Below, piece after piece: positions 38,638 to 47,794 of a DNA stretch of 64,000 nucleotides (the stretch's first letter is position 1; each line of letters begins with the position of its first letter). The translations under genes and the position numbers were made by a program. Source of the stretch: Chloropicon primus (lineage: Eukaryota); assembly GCA_023205875.1 (NCBI GenBank), contig CP060757.1, positions 1,302,001 through 1,366,000 of the forward strand, written 5' to 3'. Under the pieces are notes generated by a model. It ran no database searches. It worked only from the letters and a program-made list of their open reading frames with translations, and was not told the origin of the DNA.

Positions 38638-39945
38638 ATGGCGAGGGCGCGATGGAGGTCAACCACGGCGGCGGCGTGTGCGACGTGTGCGGCGGCGCTC
38701 TTGCTCTTGTGCATCGGGGGGTTCAGCCGTGCGGACGCGGCGGGTGACTCGTACTCGGACCTCGTGACTCAGGCGAAGCCCTCTCACGTGCACACCGAGC
38801 CCCTCGCGGTGCCCTCGAAGACGCTGATGGGCCCCGGGCCCTCCACCGCCCACCCGAGGGTGCTTGAGGCGGCGAGGCTCCCCCTGCTGGGACACCTGCA
38901 CGGCGAGTTCGTCAAGATCATGGGCGAGGTGCAGGAGCAGCTGAGGTACGCGTTCCAGACCCAGAGCAGGTACGTGTTGGCCGTGAGCGGAACCGGCCAC
39001 GCGGCGATGGAGGCGGCCGTGGCGAACTTTGTGGAGCCCGGGGACGTGGTCCTCGTCGGCGTCAACGGGATCTGGGGCGAGAGGATGTCCGACCTCGTGG
39101 AGAGGTACATGGGCGTCGTGGTCAGGATGGAGAAGGAGGGGGGAAAGGTTTTCTCCGGGGAAGACGTGGAGAGGGAGCTCACCAAGGAGCCGAAGATCAA
39201 GCTTGTTTTCCTGACTCACGGCGAGTCCTCGACCGGGACCCTTCAGCCCCTCGAGGGGATCGGCAGCATCTGCAAGAAGCACGGAGCGCTGTTCTTCCTC
39301 GACACCGTCTGCACCCTCGGCTGCGTCCCGTTCAACGTCGACAAGCACGGCGTCGACATCACGTACAGCGGGAGCCAGAAGTGCCTCGGGGCGCCCCCCG
39401 GGGCGTCCCCGCTGATGGTGAGCTCCGCCGCGATGGACAAGCTCCAGAGCAGGAAGACCAAGCCCTTCACATACTACTTCGATATCAACTTGCTCGGGGA
39501 ATATTGGGGGTTCAAGGACAACCCGAGGTGGTACCACCACACCGGCATGGTGAGCAACGTCTACGCCCTGAGGGAGGCGCTGAGCATTCTGCAGGACGAG
39601 GGCCTGGGCGAGGCCTGGGCGAGGCACAGAGAAGCGGCGGAGAGGCTCTGGGACGGTCTTGAGAGGATGGGCTTGGAGCTCTTCGTGGAGGACGTCAACG
39701 AAAGGCTGCCGACGGTGACGACCGTGAAGGTTCCTGAAGGAGTGGACTGGAAGGACGTGGCTTCGCACATGATGCGGAAGCACAAGATCGAGATCTCCGG
39801 CGGGCTCGGACCGACCGCCGGCAAGGTCTGGAGGATCGGCATCATGGGCTACAACGCGGCGCCGCAGACCGTGAATCGACTTTTGCACGCCCTCAAGGAG
39901 GCCCTCGACCTCTACGGCGGATCGTTCGCCAAGAAGGAATTATGA
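38638..39945 (+). CDS. AGXT: Alanine-glyoxylate / serine-pyruvate aminotransferase (class V PLP), with signal peptide-like leader and KKEL tail
   Basis: LMGPGPS, SGTGHAAME, HGESSTG, DTVC, GSQKCLGAPPG, YHHT, GGLGPT..KVWRIG.MGYN. Confidence 0.93.
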   Translation: MARARWRSTTAAACATCAAALLLLCIGGFSRADAAGDSYSDLVTQAKPSHVHTEPLAVPSKTLMGPGPSTAHPRVLEAARLPLLGHLHGEFVKIMGEVQEQLRYAFQTQSRYVLAVSGTGHAAMEAAVANFVEPGDVVLVGVNGIWGERMSDLVERYMGVVVRMEKEGGKVFSGEDVERELTKEPKIKLVFLTHGESSTGTLQPLEGIGSICKKHGALFFLDTVCTLGCVPFNVDKHGVDITYSGSQKCLGAPPGASPLMVSSAAMDKLQSRKTKPFTYYFDINLLGEYWGFKDNPRWYHHTGMVSNVYALREALSILQDEGLGEAWARHREAAERLWDGLERMGLELFVEDVNERLPTVTTVKVPEGVDWKDVASHMMRKHKIEISGGLGPTAGKVWRIGIMGYNAAPQTVNRLLHALKEALDLYGGSFAKKEL

Positions 39946-40014
39946 TTATGACCTCCACCACCACCGCAACCTTTTGACCTTTCTTATTTCTTTATCTATT
40001 TCAATCATCATCAG

Positions 40015-40701
40015 TTACAGCTCGTGCAGGTTGTAGGCCAAGACCAAGTTGTACGTCGCAACGAGGACGAGGACGACGATCCACTCCAGCGGCGGCACCC
40101 CCCTCTCCCCCGCCTCGGCCCTCTTCTCTCCCCCTTGGACGAGGCCCCTCCTGAGCAAGATGTAGATGATCGCGTAGTGCCCGGGCCAGCGCAGACCACG
40201 CCCCCAAAGCCACTGCTGCCTAAAGTCTTCGCCCGCGGCCTTGTCGTTCCCAAGCAACCGATTTGCCTCCGTGCGCTTCAGAAGGGCGCGCTGGCACAGC
40301 TTGTACTCGCTCGGTGCTAGCTCGAGGACTTTTGTGAAACACACCACAGCTTTCCTGTAATCCCCAACGGAGAGGGCGTCCTCTCCCTCCTGCAGCACGA
40401 TCCGGGCGGAGTCCGCGTTCTCTGAAACGGGCTGGGGCAGCAGGGAGGCGACCACGTTTTTGCCGCCGTCCGATCCCTTTGGCCTTCCCGCCACTTCGCA
40501 ACAGGACGCCACTACGAGGTCGAGCGCAGCCTCCGCCAGTGCTATTGCGACCGTCGCTGCCTCCCTCCGCGTCGTCTTCGTCGCTCGGAGACCTCCTGCC
40601 CCCGCTCGAGGGCCCCCGGCACGGTCACGCAACGCTCGAAAGAAGAACTCCCCGGCCCTCCCGGCCCTCCTCCTGCTCTCCAAGCAACCACCACCACCCA
40701 T
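40015..40701 (-). CDS. TPR-containing protein with C-terminal hydrophobic segments
   Basis: EGEDALSVGDYRKAVVCFTKVLELAP TPR; start uncertain. Confidence 0.65.
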   Translation of the reverse strand: MGGGGCLESRRRAGRAGEFFFRALRDRAGGPRAGAGGLRATKTTRREAATVAIALAEAALDLVVASCCEVAGRPKGSDGGKNVVASLLPQPVSENADSARIVLQEGEDALSVGDYRKAVVCFTKVLELAPSEYKLCQRALLKRTEANRLLGNDKAAGEDFRQQWLWGRGLRWPGHYAIIYILLRRGLVQGGEKRAEAGERGVPPLEWIVVLVLVATYNLVLAYNLHEL

Positions 40702-41077
40702 CGCATCCCCCACGACGCACTTTCCTTGGGTTGGCCCTGTGCGTGACCCCTCCCACCCCCCGAGACCCTCCGAGCCTCCGACGACGACAGCTGCGGCGAC
40801 CTCTCCCTCCAAGTCCCCAGGGTCGCCAGCTTGGCGTTACCAATCCTTCGTCCCAAGGACAGGGGGCGAGAGAGGAAGGGAATCAAATCGATCACGATCC
40901 TCGAGGAAGACCAAGGGCTCCCAGCGGCGGACGATTCGAGGGAGGGCGAGGGTGGGAAGGGAAGGAGGGAGGAGGGAGTTGAGACGAAAGTGGATCTCAC
41001 GAGCTTTCGAAAGAGCTCTCACTCGACCTGTTTCGCTTATTTTTCAGAACCCAGGACCAAGTCATCCTGCAACTGGC

Positions 41078-44000
41078 ATGGCGGAGGGGGGGTTGAGGGA
41101 GAGGTTGAGGGTGGTGACGGAGGCGGCGCTGTCGCAAGGGACGACGCAGGAGGCGATGAAGGTTGCGGATTCTCTCGTGAAGGAGTGCGCAGGGAGGGAC
41201 GACGCGGTGTTGCTGGCCTCCAACTGGGTGGAATACGGGGCACAGGCGGGGGACTTTTACCTGCTGTGGGCCGCTGGAGCGATTCTAGAGACCGTGTCGC
41301 GGTCCTCCAAGCTGTGGCTGAGGGCGGACGCCAAGGTCAGGAACTACAGTTGCACGACCCTTCTCAAGGCGTGCAGCACCTGCGTCGTGCTCCAGACGAA
41401 CCCGTGGATAAGCGCGAAGATCCAGAACGCATTGGGGAACCAAGTCATACACGAGTGGCCGGACAACTTCCCGGAGTTCGGCCCGACGGTGAACCAGGGC
41501 TTCGGCGACCTCTCGCCCTGCGTCATCCAGCTCTCGACGGTCGTGCTCAACCGGGCCGCGGAGATCGCGGTGGGCAGGAACTCGACGCAGTCGTTTCGAA
41601 AGTTCGGTTCCATATCGATGAGCAACAGGGAGAAGCTCCAGGCGGGGCTGAGGGAGATCGTGCCCTTCCTGTTCCAGGCGGCCAGCGCCGCCCTGCAGCG
41701 GATGGGCGATGCTCTCAGAGACGACCACTCCCAGCAGAAGGAGATGGCTTGCAAGGCCGTCCTCGGGGCGATCTCCGAGTGCGTGAAGATAGCGGAGGAG
41801 AACGCCATCAAGCTCCAGGTGGAGACTGCGATGATCCAGACGATCTTCGGCTATGCCAAGACCTTCGCGAACCAGCAGAGCCTCGCTCTGGAGTGCATCG
41901 CGGAGATCACGTCCCAGAGCTCCATCTCGGTGGACGACGATACCTACTTCAAGTTCATCATGCAGGAACTCATCGAGTTCTTTGTTCACTGCAAGCAAAA
42001 GGGGGACGAGGGACTGGCAAAGATTTTGATGAACATAGCTTGTATACTAATTAGCAAACACATAACGAGGTTGGAGACTTCGCCAAACCTTGGGCAGACC
42101 TTGGTGCAGTTGCTGACGGAAATCTTTCAGATCAGCTTCGAGATAAACAACCACGCCATCCTTTTGCATTCCCTGGATGTGTGGGAGATCATTCTTGAGC
42201 ACGTGGAGAGCGAAAGGTGAGAGAATGCTCGCACGCGGTGGATATCGTCCCCCTGGACTCTCACCTTGTTCGACACTGACTGACGACTCATCTGACTGAC
42301 GACTCATCTGACTGATTTCTCTCTCTCTCTCTCAGAGATGCGTCGTACCGGAGCCAGAACCCGCTCAGCCAGATGTACAAGAGCTGCAACTTGAGCGTGG
42401 CCAATGCGATACTGAGGAGGCTTTTCCTCCACACGCAGGAGGGTCAGGCCATGCTCTCAAAAGTGGATGACACGCCGGGCAGCGCCCTCGAGTCCCTTAG
42501 CGAGATTCAGCTGCAGGAACACGCCCAGGGGAGGGATATCTCGGACTTCAGTGAGTTGGACCACTTCCACTCGCGGTGCGAGGAGATTTTCGGTCTGCTC
42601 CTTGACATTTACCCGGACACCCTGCTACAGGTCTGCATCCAGTGCTTTCAGGAGCTCAACACGACCTATGGCAGCCTGATCAACGAGAGTGGGAACGTCT
42701 TCAAGTGCGGGGAGGGCCTCGCGACGGCGTCCCACGACATCTCCACCTGCCTGAGGATAGTCACGAGGTGCGCGCCGAAGTTCAACACCATCGACAAGGG
42801 GGTGGCGGAGTCCGTGTACTATTTCGTGGTCAGCATCGCCAACCACATCTTGGGGGTCTACGACACGGCGGCGAGATTCAACTTTCCACAGCCTGAGCTG
42901 GAAAAGGTGGGAAAGTATGCGGACCTCAACGGAAAGCTCGCGTACAACTGCCTGTCCATGTTCACCATGTGGATCAGATTCCTGACAGCGAGTGGGGCTG
43001 GGAGCAACGTGGAGGGAATCGTGCACACCTACTTGGACACCTCGGTGAAGGCCTTTGAGATGAGCGGCACCAACAAGACCCTGTCCTCAAACATGCTCAT
43101 CTCTGCCGCGGGAGCGCTGTCCTCCTTCAGCATGGTGGTCCAGCCTTCCCTGCAACAGATGCAGGCTCTGCAGTCCTTCCAAAAGCTCCTCGGGCTGCTG
43201 CACATGATCCTGACGACGGCCCCTCAGAGGGCGGCTTCGTCCATTTGGGTGTTCCTGGCGGACTCCCTGCTGAAGAGAATGGACCCGAAGCAAAAGGAGC
43301 TGGAGCACCTGGCGCAGATCGACCAGGAATTCACCAGGCTGGTGAGCATGCCTGCTGAGATTCTCGTGAGAGCGGCCACCTCTGGGATCGACCCCGTCTC
43401 CCTGGGGCCCACCCAGAGCGCGGCGCACTCTCTGACAGCCCTCGTCAGGTCCTTTGGGGGCAAGACCCACTCCGCGAGGATGCTCCTCAGCAAGGCCATG
43501 TCCCCGGTGCTGCCCTCTTGCATGGCTCTGATTAAGGCCATCGCCCAGAACCCCTCGAGCACGGAGCACACCGGCAAAATGGCTCAGAACATCATCAACC
43601 TCCTGATCGCTTGCTTTGATGTCATCTCCAAGGAGATGGGGGACGACTTCATCTCGACCACGGTGAAGGAGTTCATAGAGATGTACTCCAACCCGTACGC
43701 CATGAAGTCTCTCTCCGTGGACACGGGGGCGAGCCTGATGGAGCTTTTGACTTTGCTGGCCAGGAGACCGGGATCGAAGTTCAAGGTGCTCTCCATGCAG
43801 ACGATCGAGTGGAGCTTGGGGATCTGGCCCAACCTGGGCGGGGGAGGAGGGGTCACGCACACCGACGTCCTTCAGCTCCTGTGCCGCGTGCTGAGGTATC
43901 AGTGGCGGTCGTGCACCGACGCCCACGTCCAAGGCGTCCTCACTTTGATGGTCCACTGCTTCCAGAACCAGGACCCCAGCTCCATGGAGCGCTTCATTCT

Positions 44001-44322
44001 GGACGAGATTGTGAAGCTGGACGACCAGACCAAGTTCTTCTCCAGCAGCGGCTTTGGCCTCAACAAGGACAAAGCTTTGGCTCTGGCTTGCTCTCTGCTT
44101 TCCCTCGTGGAGGTGAGGCTGGACATGCAGGAGGTTCTGCTGGCGGTCCTCTACAGGATGCCCAAGGAGGTCCTGCAGATGGCAGTCCAGCAGAAGACCA
44201 CGAATCCGAACCTGCTCCAGGCCTTTTTCGCCAAGTTTGCCAACTCGACGAGTTGTGCGGACTTCGGAAGCTCTCTCTTGAGCTTGATGAACGACGCGAG
44301 CTTTCTCGCGAGCTTGTCCTGA
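41078..44322 (+). CDS. Importin-beta family HEAT-repeat exportin, exportin-6-like; exons 41078-42216, 42336-44322
   Basis: HEWPDNFPEF (Xpo1-like), LALECIAEI, KHITRLE...LLTEIFQISF...SLDVW resemble exportin-6; the intron keeps the frame. Confidence 0.7.
42276..42316 (+). repeat. 16-bp tandem repeat of the branch-point region in the exportin intron
   Basis: CTGACTGACGACTCAT x2 plus CTGACTGA. Confidence 0.85.
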
Positions 44323-44457
44323 CCTGGTGATGGGGAGCTTTTCTCTTGTGTACTATTCTAATTCTATTCTATTCTAAAAGAAGACGACGACGACGAAAGG
44401 AAAGAAAGGTTATTTATGATTATGAATTGAAAGTGTTTGGAGGCGGAGGCCTCAGTC

Positions 44458-45180
44458 TCAGGTCAGAGAGGTATAGCCTGTGAACGGACGTGTCGACGGG
44501 CGCGCAGAGAAGCAAGCTCCGCCGCTGGCGAAGATAAGCAGAACGGATCCGATGACGTTGGCGATCCAGATTGGGCCGAGGTGCCAGCTGATGGAGCTGC
44601 TCCCCCCGCTGTGATCTGGAACCTGGAACTCATTGTCCAACATGATCCCGGCCCAAGCGCAGACTCCCGCGATGTAAAGTGCTGTGCCGAGGACGCTGCT
44701 GATCGATGCGGCGACGACGTTCCTCTGGCACTTAGCATAGTTTACGTAATTCCCAAACGGTCCCTCAGAGAGGAACATGAAATTCCCGAGCTGGCAGGCC
44801 GAGACGACTTCCAGGAGAATGGCTGCCAGAGAGGCTGCAATGGACAACGACAGGAGGACGAGGCAAACCATGCCTGCCTCCTCCAGTGCCTCGCAGTGGC
44901 TGTCAGGGCAGTATTTGTTGCTGTCCCGGTACCGAAAGCCAACCGCGGTCACAAAGTAGGTGGTGTTCATGAAGGCCCTTCCCCCGACCAGGCCGAGGTC
45001 GAAGGAGAGCCAGGGACTTCCTGGGTACGGGTGCTTTGTGTTCACAACGATCCACTTGTCGCTCAGCATGCCTAAAACGGCCATAACCGTGGCCATCCCG
45101 GTGAAGAGGGCGGCCGTTAGGAGCAAAACGCACTCCCTCGTGTACGCCGTCGTGTGAACGGGGACTCCGAGCACCTTCAT
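44458..45180 (-). CDS. Four-TM claudin/PMP22-like membrane protein
   Basis: TM1, W...GL...C...C loop, then three more TM segments. Confidence 0.7.
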   Translation of the reverse strand: MKVLGVPVHTTAYTRECVLLLTAALFTGMATVMAVLGMLSDKWIVVNTKHPYPGSPWLSFDLGLVGGRAFMNTTYFVTAVGFRYRDSNKYCPDSHCEALEEAGMVCLVLLSLSIAASLAAILLEVVSACQLGNFMFLSEGPFGNYVNYAKCQRNVVAASISSVLGTALYIAGVCAWAGIMLDNEFQVPDHSGGSSSISWHLGPIWIANVIGSVLLIFASGGACFSARPSTRPFTGYTSLT

Positions 45181-45249
45181 CTCTCTCTCTCTCTCTTCCT
45201 GCCTCTCTCTCTCGAAAGGGAGGAGCGAAAAAATTCACTCCGTGCGTGA

Positions 45250-45430
45250 AAACCTTCAACCGAGGTGTCAATCGAAAGCCCTTGAGACGCGCTTCCGTTC
45301 GTTCAACACCTCCTCCCCTTCGCCGTCCCCGTCCGTGCACAAAGTCCTCGACAACAACACCTTCCCTCTCCCTTGTCGCGCGACGAACCCGGGCGTTACT
45401 TCTCACTCGCGTTTTCAACTCCTCATCTCC
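45250..45430. repeat. Dispersed ~181-bp repeat, family B copy 1
   Basis: AAACCTTCA.CCGAGGTGTCAATCGAAAGCCCTTGAGACG...TTTTCAACTCCT.ATCT; also at 50335 and 52366. Confidence 0.94.
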
Positions 45431-45596
45431 TTTTTTGGAGATGGATCTCTTTGGAGAGTTTCGTGTTTCGTGCAGGAGACGAGTGAAAGTGAGAGGTGTC
45501 GTTGCTCGCTTCGCCCGTACGGTCGCATGAGGACGACGAGGGAGGGGGGTTGTCCCCAGGTTAATTGTTTATCATTCTGTAATTTATTCTCCTCCT

Positions 45597-47354
45597 CTAG
45601 CTCCCTGCCCAGACGCAGGCATGGAGAGGGGCCTTGAGCATGTATTCGATGGCTTCCCACAGCAGCTGAAGCCCGCACGCGACAGGGCAGAGGCAGGGGA
45701 TGAGCTTCAACGGCAACAAAAGCAACCACACTACCGCTCCCATCAGGCTGATGAGAGCCAGCAGGGGCATCGCCAAGTAGACCATTGTCCTCCTGAAGCA
45801 GCTGTTGTTGCTTTGCTTTCCGTCCTTGCTCGCGTCTTCGGGGATTTCGATCACACACTCCTTGGGTGCCGGCATCCCGGGCTCGATCTCTTCCACCCTT
45901 GGCAGCCCCCTCTTCACGGGGGGAGGCAGGGAAGTCGCGGTGCCCTTCATGTGCACGATCGCATTCTCTCTCTCTGCCCTCCTTGCGGTCTCACTCAGGA
46001 ACTTGATGCAACTTTCATCGTAAGCCGCGTGGTCCGCAGTGGCACTGGGCTTGCCACAGCCATCATAACTGTCTCTGGAAAGAATACCCACGTCGTTGTA
46101 GTCCCGGAGCGCGGTACTGCTGCAGAGCTTTGCGATGCCACCCTCCCCGAGCTCCAGGTTGTGAAGCGCCTGGAATGCCAGGGCAAGGCTCTTGCACACC
46201 TGCTCCTTCCACAGAGCGTAAAACTTCCACTTTGGGCGAAGGCCGTCGCCATCACTTTGGCGGTTTTCGAAAACCTGAGCCGCATCGTGGGCCAGGGCGG
46301 AGACGAGCCCGTTGCTGGACTTCTTCTCGATTGCGATTGCGACGGTGATCGACTTTGCGTCGCTCAACGCAACTTGACTGAGCAGATGGAGGCATGCCTC
46401 GGAGCAATCGCGAACCCTCGAGTCTGGATAGACGTTCTGCAGCTTGGCTGCCTTGGCCAAATCTCTCGCGTAAATGAGCAGTCCCGCCGCCTGCCTCAGC
46501 AGCGAAAAGGAAAGCCTCAGAAGTACTTTGACGCCCGTGTTCCTCGTGTTCCCCGTGTTCGCGACACTCGCAGTGTGGGCCCTGGACGCCAGGCACATCT
46601 CAAGCAGGGCGGCGGTGAGTACCATCTGGCAAGCATCAAAGGCGTGGTGAATCGTCTGGAAGTCACCGCCCTCGCTCTCGGCCCATCGAAAGTGTAACTT
46701 GGATCCGGCATCCTTGGCCAAAGGGTAACCACAGGACAAGTACTCGATCAGGTGAGACTTGGTCTCCTCCGTCACTCCATCGATCTCTTTCATCTTCTCC
46801 GCGGCCAGCTCCGTCGAAGAAAAAGTCCACGGGGAAGAAGAGGAAAGGTCCGTCGATTCCACGGTCAAAAAGTGCTCCAGGAGGGCCTTCCGGCGCTTGA
46901 GGAAAGCGCGGACCTCGTCCTTGAGGTCTTCGGGGACTTTGATCTCCTTCTCCTGGGCGAAAAACTCCTTCTCCGTCTCCTGATGCCAAACCTTCGAACT
47001 CTTCAGCCGGCTCCTCAACTCTACCCGTGGGTCGAGCAAGAAGACGAAAGGGATGCTCCTCGACCAGTCCTCCGCTGAAGGCTGGACGTGGTGCGCCAGC
47101 GCCGGCGAGCTTTTGGGGGGCTCCATCGATGCGATCGACGTGCCCTTGATCTCGCTCCTCGTCCTCGTCCTCGTCGTCGACTTGCCACCTACCCCTTTGG
47201 GTCCGACGGCGACCTCTTCCTCGGACGTGGCGTGGTGAGCCTCAACGCCATCCGTTCTCCCCTTGGTCCCCTCCGCCGTCGGAGGCGGGGGAGGCGGCGA
47301 AGCCTCCCCACCCCTCGAAACCGCCTCCGCCTCCGTCTCGCGCTCCACTTCCAT
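45597..47354 (-). CDS. BRO1-domain (BROX-like) protein with a C-terminal TAXIMIN-like hydrophobic Cys-rich module
   Basis: LHFRW, LLRQAAG..Y, YPD..D, ENAIVH BRO1 motifs; tail GAVVW...CLCPVAC...E...KAPLH...W. Confidence 0.8.
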   Translation of the reverse strand: MEVERETEAEAVSRGGEASPPPPPPTAEGTKGRTDGVEAHHATSEEEVAVGPKGVGGKSTTRTRTRSEIKGTSIASMEPPKSSPALAHHVQPSAEDWSRSIPFVFLLDPRVELRSRLKSSKVWHQETEKEFFAQEKEIKVPEDLKDEVRAFLKRRKALLEHFLTVESTDLSSSSPWTFSSTELAAEKMKEIDGVTEETKSHLIEYLSCGYPLAKDAGSKLHFRWAESEGGDFQTIHHAFDACQMVLTAALLEMCLASRAHTASVANTGNTRNTGVKVLLRLSFSLLRQAAGLLIYARDLAKAAKLQNVYPDSRVRDCSEACLHLLSQVALSDAKSITVAIAIEKKSSNGLVSALAHDAAQVFENRQSDGDGLRPKWKFYALWKEQVCKSLALAFQALHNLELGEGGIAKLCSSTALRDYNDVGILSRDSYDGCGKPSATADHAAYDESCIKFLSETARRAERENAIVHMKGTATSLPPPVKRGLPRVEEIEPGMPAPKECVIEIPEDASKDGKQSNNSCFRRTMVYLAMPLLALISLMGAVVWLLLLPLKLIPCLCPVACGLQLLWEAIEYMLKAPLHACVWAGS

Positions 47355-47794
47355 CCGCTCGCGCTCCACGACCCCTCGCGAAGCGTGCCACCACCTCTCT
47401 CTCGCTCCTCTCCTGGTGCAAGGATCCCAAGGAAAGGTTCTTTGCTTGGCACAGGCGTCGGGCGGTCGGGCCGCAGCAAGAGCAAGAGGTGGCCGAGTCC
47501 AGCCCCGCCTGCGCTTGCTCCTTCTTGCTCGTAACGCCCCTCTCACGTGTCGCACGCGTTCCTTCCCGTTGGATGGCGCATCGCCCCCTTGCGCGCGCAA
47601 AGGGGGAAGAGAGAGAGAGAGCGGAGGGAGCAGCCTTTTGGGGTGACCTGTGCCGGGGAAGGAGGCCAGGAGGGAGTGCGGGTGGCGGAGGGGGGGAGGA
47701 GCGCGGGAGGGGTTGACGTGAGGGAGCGCAAGATCGTGGTTTTGGAAAGAAAGGGGGACGTCGGCGGGTGGCATTCGGGAACAGGGAGAGAAGG

